From contig LFCK01000001.1 in NCBI GenBank assembly GCA_001189095.1, positions 20,133 to 84,132 of the forward strand: a stretch of 64,000 bases of DNA. The letters are read 5' to 3'. Source of the stretch: Parcubacteria bacterium C7867-001 (GTDB lineage: Bacteria > Patescibacteriota > Minisyncoccia > Phycocordibacterales > Phycocordibacteraceae). Below the pieces are notes generated by a model. That model ran no database searches and was not told where the DNA came from. It was given only the letters and a program-made list of their open reading frames with translations. The position numbers and the translations under genes were made by a program. This document shows positions 49,034 to 63,242 of this stretch, piece after piece; within the stretch, counting starts at the first letter, position 1; each line of letters opens with the position of its first letter.

Positions 49034-52000
49034 ATGGCTCATACCAAAAAGCGAGAGCAGAAGACCTTCGCCGCCTTCAAGGCGCCGCGCGTGGACTTTC
49101 CGGATCTCGTCGCGCATCAGCGCGAGAGCTTCGAGTGGCTTCTCAAGGATGGATTCGCGGAGCTCTTCAAGGAGTTCTCCCCGATTCCGGACTATTCGGG
49201 AAAGAAGTTCGAGCTCAAATTTAATGGATTTGAAATAGGCGAGCCGAAGGGTGATGAAGAGTACGCACGCGAAAACATGCGCACCTTCGAAGCACCGCTC
49301 AAGGTTTCGGTTACGCTCCTTAATAAGACGCTCGGTACCGAAAAGACGCAGGACATCTTCATCGCGGACATTCCGATGATGACCCCGCACGGTTCCTTCA
49401 TCGTCTCGGGTGTTGAGCGCGCCATTGTGCCGCAGCTCGCCCGCTCATTCGGCGCATTCTTTGTGTCTGAAGATATAAAGGGTAAGCCATCGTTCGGCGC
49501 GAAAATCATCCCGTCGCGTGGCGTTTGGATTGAAGTTGAGTCTGATGCTGATGGTGCGATCTTCGTGAAGATCGACCGCAAGCGCAAATTCCCGGTCACC
49601 AACCTCCTCTCCGTATTTAGCGGCGAGACCGGTGAAGCACTCTTGAAGCGTTTCAAGGGAGACGAAGTCGCGCTCACCGCGCTCAAGAAGACCCTCGAAC
49701 TCGATACGGCAAAGTCTATCGAGGACGCCTACGTTGAAATTCACCGCCGCATGCGCGACGGCGATTTGGCGACCCCAGACAACGCCAAGCAGTACGTGAA
49801 CGCACTCTTCGCTCCAGAACGTTACGACCTCTCCAAGGTCGGACGTCATCGCCTTAATCGCCGCTTCGGTCTTGCTACCGATCCGAAGTCGCTCGATAAG
49901 CGCGTGCTTACGCTCGAAGACCTCGTGAACATTGTCGCGGAAATCGCGAAGATGAACATCGACCCGAATGCACAACCGGATGACATCGATCACCTCGGCT
50001 TCCGCCGCGTTCGTTTCGTTGGTGAGCTTCTTCAGGCTCGTATGCGCGTCGGTATGTCGCGCATGAAGCGCAACATTCAGGACCGCATGAGTACCATCGA
50101 GACCGACACCTCGCTCCCGATGGCATTCGTGAACCCACGTCCGTTCCAAGCCTCGGTCCGTGAATTCTTCACCGCAAACCAGCTCTCGCAGTTCATGGAT
50201 CAGCAGAACATTCTTGCTGAGCTCGAGAACATGCGCACTCTTTCAGCGCTCGGTCCCGGTGGTCTCACGCGCGAGCGTGCAGGCTTCGAAGTCCGCGACG
50301 TGCATCCGTCTCATTACGGACGCCTCTGCCCGATTCACACGCCAGAAGGCCAGAACATCGGTCTCATCCTCCGTCTCGCGCTCCATGCGCGTACCAACGA
50401 GTTCGGCGTCATCGAGACTCCGTACGCAAAGGTGGAGAAGGGTGTAGTCACTGAGAAAATTGAATACTTGAACGCACTCGAAGAAGAAGCGGTCGTTATC
50501 GCGCACGGCGCAACGCCAGTCGACGAGAAAGGCCGCATCATTCCTGATCAGATCGAAGCTCGTAAGGGCGGCGAACCAGCAGTCGTGAAGCGCGAAGAAA
50601 TAAACTACTTCGACGCCTCGACCTACCAGATGTTCAGCGCCGCAACAGCCATGATTCCGTTCGTCGATCACGACGATGCGAACCGTGCGCTCATGGGTTC
50701 GAACATGCAGAAGCAGGCAACGCCGGTTCTTATTCCGGAAGCACCGCTCGTTGCAACCGGTATCGAAGAGCACGCAGCTCGCAACACAGGCCGCCTCATC
50801 GTCGCTCAGGAGGGTGGTGATGTTACCTACTGCGATGCGCGTAAGATTGTTGTCACTAATAAGGACAACAAGAAGCGCGAGTACAAGCTGCAGGGCCTTA
50901 CACAGACCAACCAGAACTCAGCATTTAATCAGCGCCCAATCGTCGCAACGGGCGACAAGGTGAAGAAGGGTGATGTGCTCGCAGACGCATCGTCGTCGGA
51001 TCAGGGCCAGATGGCGCTCGGACAGAACGTCCGCGTTGCCTTCATGAGCTGGAGCGGTGCTAACTACGAAGACGCCATCATCGTCTCAGAGCGCCTCGTG
51101 CAGGAAAGCAAGTTCACCACGCTTCACATCGAAGATTTCGAGTGCATGGTGCGCGACACCAAGCTCGGTGCTGAAGTCACCACTCACGACATTCCAAACG
51201 TTGGCGAGCTCCGCCTTAAGAACCTCGATGAGGAAGGTGTTGTTCGTATCGGTGCAGAAGTTCGCTCTGGCGATATTCTCGTCGGTAAAGTCACACCGAA
51301 GGGTGAGACGCAGCTCACGCCGGAAGAGCGCCTCCTCCGTTCTATTTTCGGCGACAAGGCGAAGGATGTGAAAGACACCTCGCTCCGCATGGAAGGCGGC
51401 AAGCGCGGCCGTGTCATCGGCGTGCGCGTCTTCTCTCGCGAGAAGGGCGATCAGCTCGAAAGCGGCATCATCAAGAAGATCGTTGTTACGGTCGCACAGG
51501 TTCGTAACGTCTCGGTCGGCGACAAGCTCGCTGGTCGTCACGGAAACAAGGGTGTTATCTCCCGTGTGCTTCCGGTTGAAGAAATGCCATACGACGAGCA
51601 GGGAAATCCTGTCGACATTCTTCTCACGCCACTCGGCGTTCCGTCGCGTATGAACCTCGGTCAGATTCTTGAAATGCACCTTGGTCTTGCAGCGAACTCG
51701 CTCGGCTATCAGGCAGTGGTTCCTCCATTCGCTGGTGCAACCGCGGAAGAGATTCAGGAAGAGCTCGTGAAGGCAGGCTTCGATAAGAGCGGCAAGATGC
51801 AGCTCTTCGATGGCCGCACGGGCGAAGCTTTCGCGCAGACGATTGCGGTCGGCTACATGTACATCTTGAAACTCCATCACATGGTGGAAGACAAGATACA
51901 CATGCGCTCTATCGGTCCCTACAGCCTCATCACGCAGCAGCCACTCGGCGGCAAGGCGCAGAACGGCGGTCAGCGCTTCGGAGAAATGGAAGTGTGGGCG

Positions 52001-52216
52001 CTCCTCGGCTACGGCTCGGCGTACACGCTCCGCGAAATGCTCACCATCAAGTCGGACGATATTCAGGGCCGCTCAGCGACCTTCGATGCAATCGTGAAGG
52101 GCGAACCGGTCGTCCATTCGGGCACGCCGGCTTCCTTCAGTGTTCTTACCAACCAGATCCGCGGCCTCGCGCTCGATATTGAGCCGATGGACAACGCTCA
52201 GGATCTCCCTAACTAA
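49034..52216 (+). CDS. rpoB: RNA polymerase beta subunit
   Basis: DDIDHLG.RR, SQFMDQ, HPSHYGRLCPI.TPEG, GDKLAGRHGNKG, GGQRFGEMEVWAL. Confidence 0.98.
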   Translation: MAHTKKREQKTFAAFKAPRVDFPDLVAHQRESFEWLLKDGFAELFKEFSPIPDYSGKKFELKFNGFEIGEPKGDEEYARENMRTFEAPLKVSVTLLNKTLGTEKTQDIFIADIPMMTPHGSFIVSGVERAIVPQLARSFGAFFVSEDIKGKPSFGAKIIPSRGVWIEVESDADGAIFVKIDRKRKFPVTNLLSVFSGETGEALLKRFKGDEVALTALKKTLELDTAKSIEDAYVEIHRRMRDGDLATPDNAKQYVNALFAPERYDLSKVGRHRLNRRFGLATDPKSLDKRVLTLEDLVNIVAEIAKMNIDPNAQPDDIDHLGFRRVRFVGELLQARMRVGMSRMKRNIQDRMSTIETDTSLPMAFVNPRPFQASVREFFTANQLSQFMDQQNILAELENMRTLSALGPGGLTRERAGFEVRDVHPSHYGRLCPIHTPEGQNIGLILRLALHARTNEFGVIETPYAKVEKGVVTEKIEYLNALEEEAVVIAHGATPVDEKGRIIPDQIEARKGGEPAVVKREEINYFDASTYQMFSAATAMIPFVDHDDANRALMGSNMQKQATPVLIPEAPLVATGIEEHAARNTGRLIVAQEGGDVTYCDARKIVVTNKDNKKREYKLQGLTQTNQNSAFNQRPIVATGDKVKKGDVLADASSSDQGQMALGQNVRVAFMSWSGANYEDAIIVSERLVQESKFTTLHIEDFECMVRDTKLGAEVTTHDIPNVGELRLKNLDEEGVVRIGAEVRSGDILVGKVTPKGETQLTPEERLLRSIFGDKAKDVKDTSLRMEGGKRGRVIGVRVFSREKGDQLESGIIKKIVVTVAQVRNVSVGDKLAGRHGNKGVISRVLPVEEMPYDEQGNPVDILLTPLGVPSRMNLGQILEMHLGLAANSLGYQAVVPPFAGATAEEIQEELVKAGFDKSGKMQLFDGRTGEAFAQTIAVGYMYILKLHHMVEDKIHMRSIGPYSLITQQPLGGKAQNGGQRFGEMEVWALLGYGSAYTLREMLTIKSDDIQGRSATFDAIVKGEPVVHSGTPASFSVLTNQIRGLALDIEPMDNAQDLPN

Positions 52217-52222
52217 ATCTCT

Positions 52223-55984
<3,762 letters not shown>

Positions 55985-56006
55985 ATCTAGTCTCGAAAGG
56001 GAAGCG

Positions 56007-56032
56007 AAAAACCGCCCAACAGGGCGGTTTTT
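56007..56032 (+). terminator. rpoC terminator
   Basis: AAAAACCGCCC-AACA-GGGCGGTTTTT. Confidence 0.75.
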
Positions 56033-56117
56033 CGTACATTGACTCTAGACCAATAATATGTTATAGAGAATTCAGACCTGAACGTTCGTTTCAGGCACAG
56101 CAAGAGAAAGGCAATCA

Positions 56118-56996
56118 ATGAAAATTGCTGGTATTGGCCTCGCGCTCGTCATGTTCGCGATGGTCTCGGGCTGCGGCCCTTCTGCAAAACAAGTCGCTGA
56201 GGCGACCGCTTCGATCAACGCGCAAGACCGAGCTCTCGATCGGCGCGATGCGCTCGATCGTCTGATGAAGTCGCTTAGGCCTGTTGACCAGGCTCGATTC
56301 GAGATGGAAATGTTCCGCGTGCGTGATGCACGCGAACTCCGTCTGGGCGACAACGCCTCGAAGGGCGAAATTCTGCGCGCGCGGAAAGTCATATGGCGCG
56401 CGGAAGAACTCGCTGAATACAAGTTGCCTGCAACGGCAACCGACGAGGATCTCTATGCGGCAAAAGAACGCAAATGGCTCAAAGAAGACGCGAAAGACCT
56501 CGGCCTTCCGGTGAGCGCATCAAAAGCGCAGGTCGATGCGGCGCGCAAAGCGAAGTACGACGCTGACAGCGAGAAGTCTCGCGTCAGGATGGCGCTCGAC
56601 CTCGGTCTTCCCGCGACAGCGTCGTGGAAAGAAATCGAAACAGCGGAAGCCGATAGGCGTCGCGTCGATGCTGCACTTCGGCACGGGCTGCCAAAAACGG
56701 CCACGTGGGTCCAAATCAGCCGCAAGGCTGACGAGGATAACGCGGCGACCGATGCGAAGTACAAGGCGCTTCGGCGGGCGAACAGCGACTACGAAAAGGC
56801 GCAGGACGCACTCGAGGACGCACAGCGTCGCATCGACGCACTCGAAGCCGGCCTTCCGGAAACAGCGAGTCGCGATCAAATCGAGGAGCACGAAATCAAT
56901 CGTGTGCGTCGCTATGCGGCGGCCAACCTCGGTCTCTCTGAGGGTTCGTCTTGGGGGCTCATTTTCGATGCGACCCAGCACGACTCTCGATACTAG
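56118..56996 (+). CDS. Putative lipoprotein with seven LGLPxxAS-type repeats
   Basis: Lipobox VSGC; helical repeats; own TTGACT-17-TATAGA promoter and terminator 57007-57035. Confidence 0.72.
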   Translation: MKIAGIGLALVMFAMVSGCGPSAKQVAEATASINAQDRALDRRDALDRLMKSLRPVDQARFEMEMFRVRDARELRLGDNASKGEILRARKVIWRAEELAEYKLPATATDEDLYAAKERKWLKEDAKDLGLPVSASKAQVDAARKAKYDADSEKSRVRMALDLGLPATASWKEIETAEADRRRVDAALRHGLPKTATWVQISRKADEDNAATDAKYKALRRANSDYEKAQDALEDAQRRIDALEAGLPETASRDQIEEHEINRVRRYAAANLGLSEGSSWGLIFDATQHDSRY

Positions 56997-57072
56997 AAAC
57001 GACTACAACGCCCCGCGGCTTCCGCGGGGCGTTTTCTTATGCTAGGGTGCCGGCAGAAAGAAGGAGAAACGA

Positions 57073-57372
57073 ATGAAAGAGTTTGATGTTCCTGAAGGAA
57101 TGACGTCTGAACTGGTGGCGTGTACATTTGCGGCGTACCTCTTAGGAAGCCTCTTCAACAGCAACTGGCAAAGATCGGTCTACGGTCCATTTCGAAAAGA
57201 CTATCGAGAAGGCACTGACTATGAAAGATGGCAGCTCGATAACACAAACGACTACTGGCTCCATATTGAAGGAAATAAAGCAAAACTTGTCTCTCGCTAC
57301 GATCGCCAAGATGTTCTTGAGGCGATGTTGACCCTCTTCAAGCTCCGGTTTCCGCAACGCGCTCACGCGTAG
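57073..57372 (+). CDS. Orphan hypothetical protein
   Basis: SD AAGGAG; terminator 57381-57408. Confidence 0.6.
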   Translation: MKEFDVPEGMTSELVACTFAAYLLGSLFNSNWQRSVYGPFRKDYREGTDYERWQLDNTNDYWLHIEGNKAKLVSRYDRQDVLEAMLTLFKLRFPQRAHA

Positions 57373-57450
57373 TTGTGCTTAACGGCCCGCCAAAGGCGGG
57401 CCGTTTTTCTATCCAAGCAGGCAACCGCCAAAAAGAGTAAAATACTCCTA

Positions 57451-59136
57451 ATGGCCGCAGACACCGTCGAATTGATAAAGCAGAAGTTGACCATCGTCGA
57501 TGTGGTGTCGCCGTATGTAAAGCTCACGCGTGCCGGTAAGTATTTTAAGGGCCTCTCGCCCTTCAATAAGGAAAAGACGCCATCTTTCATGGTCTCGCCC
57601 GATCGCGGAAGCTATTACTGTTTCTCTTCTGGTCAGGGCGGCGACATGTTCACCTTCATCGAGAAGATGGAAGGAGTTGATTTCAAGGGTGCGATGAAAA
57701 TTCTCGCGGAGAAGGCGGGCGTTGAGATTGTGTTTTCAAAAGGGGGAAGCGCCAATAAAGAAAAAACCGAGCGGCTGCGCGAAGCGCTAGGAGAGGCGGA
57801 GCAGTTTTATGCCCGCGCATTTGTCGAAGGAGGCGCTGCGCATGAATACGCGAAGAAGCGCGGACTTACTTCGCAAACCATGCAAGAGTGGCGCATCGGC
57901 TATGCGCCGGACGCATGGCGTGCGCTTTTCGAGGAACTTTCCGCAAAAGGATTTACGACGCAAGAACTCGTTGACGCAGGGCTCATAAAAGAAGCGGACG
58001 AAAAGCGCGGTACCTACTACGATCGCTTCCGAAATCGCCTTATGTTCCCGATTCGGGATTCCGCAGGTCGCACCGTTGCCTTCACCGGCCGCGCACTCGA
58101 CCCGAACGACCAAGCGAAATACCTCAATAGCCCTGAAACCGAGCTATATAAAAAAGGTCAGATTCTTTTCGGAATGGATCGGGCAAAGGATGCGATTCGT
58201 ACGCGCGGATTCGCGCTTCTCGTCGAAGGTCAGTTCGATCTCATCCTCCTGCATCAGATTGGATTCACGAATACCATCGCGCTTTCAGGGACGGCGCTCA
58301 CGCACGAGCACATTTCACTCATTAAGCGTTACGCAGAAAATCTCATGCTCGCGCTCGATGCAGACCGCGCTGGTTTAGCCGCAAGCGCCAAGCATGCGAT
58401 AGCCGCGCTCCGTTCCGGTATGCGTGTGAAAGCGGTCCGTATACCGCAAGGCAAGGATCCTGCGGATTTGGCGAACGAGGATCCGAAGGGAATCACGAAG
58501 CTCATCGCGGACGCCCAGTCCATCGTGGAGTTCTTTTTGGCCGTCCTTACGGGAGCCGAGAAGGATCAGCATAAGCTGGTGGTTGCCGTGGAGAAGGTCG
58601 TTTTACCCCTTATACAGGCCATCCAGAGTCCCTTGGAGCGGGAGCACTTCATCGGGGTGGCTGCTCGGGCCATAGGGTCAACGGCGGACGCTGTCCGTAG
58701 CTCTCTTTCCAAAGCTCCAAGACTTGAGGATATGCCTCGCCAGACAGGTACCACGAACGCCCCGCTTCCGGCCGCGCAGCTTTCCCCGCTTGAAGCCCGC
58801 CGAAAGTATCTTCATGCAGTTGCGGTGAATTGTGCTGGTTCTGAGGTTGCCAAGACCCTAGAAGAGGAGTATAAAAGGATTACAGGCACATCGCTCCCCG
58901 AGGAACTCCCGTCCGAGCGAATGCTATTTGAGGCAGGACTCGCATTTGTCGAGATGCCCACACCGCTAGAAGTAGAGGATCTTATAAAGAGTTTCGAGCA
59001 TGTCTTCCTCAAGGAAGAGATTGCTCGTGCGTCAGCGCGTGTACGTCAGGCGGAAATCGCCGGCGATACCAAGGATATGCAGTCCGCAATGCAGGAACTG
59101 AAAGCGCTTTCGACGAAACTCTCCGTGCTCTCCTAA
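57451..59136 (+). CDS. dnaG: DNA primase
   Basis: Zn-binding domain in Cys-poor form (GLSPFNKEKTPSF...YCFSSG), DRFRNRLMFPI, KYLNSPET, VEGQFD, DADRAG, KDP. Confidence 0.95.
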   Translation: MAADTVELIKQKLTIVDVVSPYVKLTRAGKYFKGLSPFNKEKTPSFMVSPDRGSYYCFSSGQGGDMFTFIEKMEGVDFKGAMKILAEKAGVEIVFSKGGSANKEKTERLREALGEAEQFYARAFVEGGAAHEYAKKRGLTSQTMQEWRIGYAPDAWRALFEELSAKGFTTQELVDAGLIKEADEKRGTYYDRFRNRLMFPIRDSAGRTVAFTGRALDPNDQAKYLNSPETELYKKGQILFGMDRAKDAIRTRGFALLVEGQFDLILLHQIGFTNTIALSGTALTHEHISLIKRYAENLMLALDADRAGLAASAKHAIAALRSGMRVKAVRIPQGKDPADLANEDPKGITKLIADAQSIVEFFLAVLTGAEKDQHKLVVAVEKVVLPLIQAIQSPLEREHFIGVAARAIGSTADAVRSSLSKAPRLEDMPRQTGTTNAPLPAAQLSPLEARRKYLHAVAVNCAGSEVAKTLEEEYKRITGTSLPEELPSERMLFEAGLAFVEMPTPLEVEDLIKSFEHVFLKEEIARASARVRQAEIAGDTKDMQSAMQELKALSTKLSVLS

Positions 59137-59151
59137 TTTTATTTTCACACT

Positions 59152-60405
59152 ATGGCTAAGAAAAAGACCGTAAAGAAGAAGGCTTCTTCGAAATCCGCAA
59201 AGAAAGCGGGAAAAAAGTCTGCGCCCAAAAAGAAGAAGGTTGTTAAGAAAGCAGTAAAGAAGGTCGCAAAGCCGAAGAAGAAAGAGCAGATGAAGAACGT
59301 CGTCCGTGTGGCGGCGAAGGGTGCGCGTGCAAAAGCTGCGGCAGAGAAGGGAGACAAAGCAGAGCGTCTTCTTCAGAAGGGTAAGGAGCGCGGCTACATC
59401 ACTTACAGCGAAATTCTTAAGGAATTCCCGCACATCGAGGAAGATGTGCAGTTCCTCGATTCCCTCTACGAAAAGTTCTCATCGAATGGCATCGACATTC
59501 TCGAAGGCGGCATGCTCGAAGACAATGCCGACCAGTATCTTGCGACCCGCAATATCAAAGGTCGTGAGGGTGCGAGCTATGACTCCATTCAGATCTACCT
59601 TCGTGAAATAGGTCAGTACCCGCTTTTGACCGCCTCTGAAGAGCGTGAGCTCGCCAAGCGCATCGAGAAGGGAGAAGACGAAGCGCGCAACATCCTCGCT
59701 CGCTCGAACCTCCGCCTCGTGGTCTCTATCGCGAAGAAATACGTGGGCCGCTCGCCGGACCTCACGCTCCTCGACCTCATTCAGGAAGGAAATCTCGGTC
59801 TCTTCAAGGCTGTCGATAAATTCGATTGGAAGAAGGGCTACAAGTTCAGCACGTACGCAACGTGGTGGATTCGTCAGGCCATCACCCGCGCACTTGCTGA
59901 TCAGTCCCGCACCATCCGCATTCCGGTCCACATGGTGGAAACCATCGCGAAGTACAAGCAGATTTCCCGTCGCCTTTCGCAGGCCCTTGGTCGCGATCCG
60001 CAGCCGGAAGAAATTGCCGTAGAAATGGGTGTCGAAGTGGAGAAAATCTACCAGATCGAGAAGATAAATCAGGACACTCTCTCACTTGAGAACCCAATCG
60101 GTTCTGATGACGATGAGAAGTCGACCCTCGGTGACTTCATCGCAGACGACAAGATTCCGTCCCCGATTCAGGAGTCTTCTGAACGCATCCTTGGTGAGCA
60201 AGTCCGCGACATCCTCGACGACCTTTCACCGAAGGAGCGCAAGATTCTCGAGATGCGTCACGGTCTCCTCGATGGTGTGTATCACACGCTTGAAGAAGTG
60301 GGTAAGGAGTTCGGCGTTACCCGCGAACGCATCCGCCAGATTGAGGCGAAAGCTCTCGAGAAAATTAGAACTCATGAGAAATCCCGAAGACTCAAGAGTT
60401 ACTAA
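59152..60405 (+). CDS. rpoD: Primary sigma factor with Lys/Ala-rich N-terminus
   Basis: [53 protein letters not shown]. Confidence 0.96.
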   Translation: MAKKKTVKKKASSKSAKKAGKKSAPKKKKVVKKAVKKVAKPKKKEQMKNVVRVAAKGARAKAAAEKGDKAERLLQKGKERGYITYSEILKEFPHIEEDVQFLDSLYEKFSSNGIDILEGGMLEDNADQYLATRNIKGREGASYDSIQIYLREIGQYPLLTASEERELAKRIEKGEDEARNILARSNLRLVVSIAKKYVGRSPDLTLLDLIQEGNLGLFKAVDKFDWKKGYKFSTYATWWIRQAITRALADQSRTIRIPVHMVETIAKYKQISRRLSQALGRDPQPEEIAVEMGVEVEKIYQIEKINQDTLSLENPIGSDDDEKSTLGDFIADDKIPSPIQESSERILGEQVRDILDDLSPKERKILEMRHGLLDGVYHTLEEVGKEFGVTRERIRQIEAKALEKIRTHEKSRRLKSY

Positions 60406-60632
60406 TTTTCTCTTTCGAAGATCCGGATACCCCAAGGGTACTTCCAATTTCCTAACTCGCTGTCGCTCCTAACGAAATTTGGGCGCGCACGAAAAGCCTC
60501 AAAATATCAAAGTAAACAACCAGTTTATTTGGGGAGGAAATACTGGTGCCTAATGGCGCGTGTGGACAAAAAACTCACCTGTTATAGAGTTTAGGTATCC
60601 GATAGCTATAACAACAGCCGGCACATACACGC

Positions 60633-61331
60633 ATGGCCATTTTTTCCAAAAAAAGAAGTCTAATATCAGGCGAGATTAGATACCGACCTACATTAACCTC
60701 TGCAAAAGGGGGTGTTGAGCTTGCAAAGCTACTTGAGGGAAAATTTCCTCATTGGCGAATTCGCAACGGACAGGACGTGGCACTTCTCGACGAAACAAAA
60801 AAGTGGCTGATCGAAATTAGATATAACTCACTTATTTTTCAAAATGAAGGCGAGGAAGCAGGAACAGAACTTATTGATCTCCTTGAGCTCGTGTTCAACG
60901 AAGTTAAGGAACATTTTGGCATAAGTGATTATTTACACGTAGGTTGTCGCAATAAGTCTGTTTACGCTTGCTCATTTCAAGAGAAAGACCTAGTTGATTT
61001 AACTTTCCGTAAATTGTATGGAAATACGTCCGTGCTTACTTCAATGTCAGGTGACAAATTAAGGGATACAGGTTTTGTACTAGATGCAACAAAGGGTGAA
61101 CTAAACACGCATGTTCAAATTGGTCCAGCAAAAGAAGGTCAGGCAGAAAATTTCATCAACAACCAATTTGATGTAGAAGATCTAGAAGGTAATAGCTTCT
61201 TAATGGTAGACGTGGACGTATTTAAGAAAACCTCCCTCACAAAGGAGAGCTGCATTAACGTACTGAAGGAGGCCGCCGCTGTAAATTCTGAAGTAACCTC
61301 AGGGTACATCGACTTCTTGTCTACAAAATGA
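60633..61331 (+). CDS. Hypothetical protein, TIGR04255-like by motif
   Basis: N-terminal EIRY, central VGCRN, C-terminal VDVDVF; AT-rich. Confidence 0.55.
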   Translation: MAIFSKKRSLISGEIRYRPTLTSAKGGVELAKLLEGKFPHWRIRNGQDVALLDETKKWLIEIRYNSLIFQNEGEEAGTELIDLLELVFNEVKEHFGISDYLHVGCRNKSVYACSFQEKDLVDLTFRKLYGNTSVLTSMSGDKLRDTGFVLDATKGELNTHVQIGPAKEGQAENFINNQFDVEDLEGNSFLMVDVDVFKKTSLTKESCINVLKEAAAVNSEVTSGYIDFLSTK

Positions 61332-61945
61332 TATTCCCAGTTCTACCGCCAGCCGACATAAACCTAACTAATTTTGCTGCTCAGCAGGGTGTGATTGATC
61401 GCAATAGAAAGACGTCTGAAAGCGCTTCAGTTGAACGTTCAAGCAAGGATTCAGAGCGTGTTGAGGTTGAGAGGAAAGAGATAACGGCGGAGAGTGTCGT
61501 TTCTGAAGATCAAACTGTCATTGAGGGTGTCGAATTCAAAGAAAGTGATAAAAGCTCTTCTTCAGTCAACGACCAATCGCGTGAGCATTTCTCCAACGAG
61601 GGCTTTGGCGATGCATATATAAAACACAGTACAGCAGCAGCAATATTGCAGATTAAGAATCTCATCGAGGAGTGGAATAAAAAAGGAACTAAGGATAGTA
61701 CCTCAGAAATAAGCCAAATAAAAACTACTCTTGAGGAATACGCACCCTTCTTTACAGAAAGACCGGAGTCAGAAGTCTTACTGGGAGGACTGGAGACTAT
61801 TTTTGATGGTGATAGATGGGAAAGACTCGATTCAGCTAAATTAACCTTGATATCCAGGCAGCTTGAGAACTTTCAAGCTGGAAATGTGAGATGGGAGTCA
61901 CTCAGGAGATTTGCTCGAGAGATTTACTCTGCCGAAATTGTCTAA
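61328..61945 (+). CDS. Hypothetical protein (disordered Ser/Glu N-half, helical C-half)
   Basis: ATGA overlap with the upstream gene; AT-rich. Confidence 0.6.
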   Translation: MIFPVLPPADINLTNFAAQQGVIDRNRKTSESASVERSSKDSERVEVERKEITAESVVSEDQTVIEGVEFKESDKSSSSVNDQSREHFSNEGFGDAYIKHSTAAAILQIKNLIEEWNKKGTKDSTSEISQIKTTLEEYAPFFTERPESEVLLGGLETIFDGDRWERLDSAKLTLISRQLENFQAGNVRWESLRRFAREIYSAEIV

Positions 61946-61947
61946 AT

Positions 61948-62718
61948 ATGGCGAAGAGACAGAAGGTTCTAATAGATACTTCTATTCAAATCGGAAAATT
62001 AAAATATAAAGAAATTAGAGAAAAAATAAGAGAAATCGCTGAAACAGAAGATCCCGGGACGTCCTTTTTTGTGCTGTTTGAGTTCAAGGTCGGAGTGATT
62101 CTAAGTTTTATTGAATATTGGAACTTTGTAAATATTTCAGAAAATGTCTCGAAGGCTATGAGTAGATGGTCCGAGAAATATAGTGTTAGAGACGTTAAAT
62201 ACTTTGTAATGTTGCAAGCGATACTGGCTGAGAAATTTGAAAACATCTCCACAGACAAAAAGAAGCATTTAAGACAAGTTGAATTTATCATAATGTTCAC
62301 CATTGAAAACTTCTTCGCAGATATTCGAGATATACCAGTTGGTGATTTTAGGTATGACGAAATAGTGCGTTATGAAATAAAATCACGAGTTGATTACCCG
62401 GGGTTTGTGAAATTGTGCTATGAGAAAAACGAGATGGTAGATCAAAGGAAGTTTTGGACAAAATACAGAGCGGAACTAGATAAATTGGTTGCTGATGCGG
62501 ACCTGGAGAAGTGCCACTCTTCATTACACGAAGCGTTAACTCGTATTCAATCTGATATTAAATATGCTCACATGGTGAAAACGAATAAATCTATTGGAGA
62601 CGCCGTAATAACAGTTGACAGTAGACATGATACTCGCATTCTCACAACAGATTCTTCGTTCGAGAAGTTGGCGCCGATTTTAGGAAAGACTTTTGAGAAG
62701 ATACCAAATAAATACTAG
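61948..62718 (+). CDS. Extended PIN-domain nuclease
   Basis: VLIDTS, VLFEF, IGDAVI, ILTTDSSF acidic tetrad with a large central insertion. Confidence 0.7.
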   Translation: MAKRQKVLIDTSIQIGKLKYKEIREKIREIAETEDPGTSFFVLFEFKVGVILSFIEYWNFVNISENVSKAMSRWSEKYSVRDVKYFVMLQAILAEKFENISTDKKKHLRQVEFIIMFTIENFFADIRDIPVGDFRYDEIVRYEIKSRVDYPGFVKLCYEKNEMVDQRKFWTKYRAELDKLVADADLEKCHSSLHEALTRIQSDIKYAHMVKTNKSIGDAVITVDSRHDTRILTTDSSFEKLAPILGKTFEKIPNKY

Positions 62719-62729
62719 GACTCTTTGGC

Positions 62730-63167
62730 TCAACTACTTTTCCTTCGATTCTCTCGAACAATCGTAATTATGAGAACGGTCTCAGCGAGCGCGCCAAGTA
62801 TTATCTCGTTAGCGAAAGGAAATTTAAAAAAGTGAAAGTCTGCGAGACCAAAGACCATCAGAATTCCTAGACACAGATAGAATCCCACAGCAGTCATCAG
62901 AGCTCCTTCTACAAGATCTAAAAAGAAGGATGTACTACTGCGCCGGCCCTTATAGGCCGCGCCGATAACAATTGAATTTGTAACTACAAATGGTCCAGTA
63001 AAGGCTATTGATAACAAAACGAGTTTAATCCAATCCAGTTGGAATACTTGATTGGGATTATATACGTACATGGCCGTTAAGCCTGGCAAAATAATTGCCA
63101 AAACAGCAAAGAAAGCAAGTAAAAATGATTTATCCTGAAATGTTCGAACCATTGATCTAACGCTCAT
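62730..63167 (-). CDS. 4-TM membrane protein
   Basis: Hydrophobic helices; AT-rich; convergent on the PIN gene. Confidence 0.62.
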   Translation of the reverse strand: MSVRSMVRTFQDKSFLLAFFAVLAIILPGLTAMYVYNPNQVFQLDWIKLVLLSIAFTGPFVVTNSIVIGAAYKGRRSSTSFFLDLVEGALMTAVGFYLCLGILMVFGLADFHFFKFPFANEIILGALAETVLIITIVRENRRKSS

Positions 63168-63242
63168 TCGTTTATTCTAACATCGACCGAATGGGCTCGC
63201 CTTCTTCATCGAAATTAGAGGGTTGGACGGTATACTGAGTCC

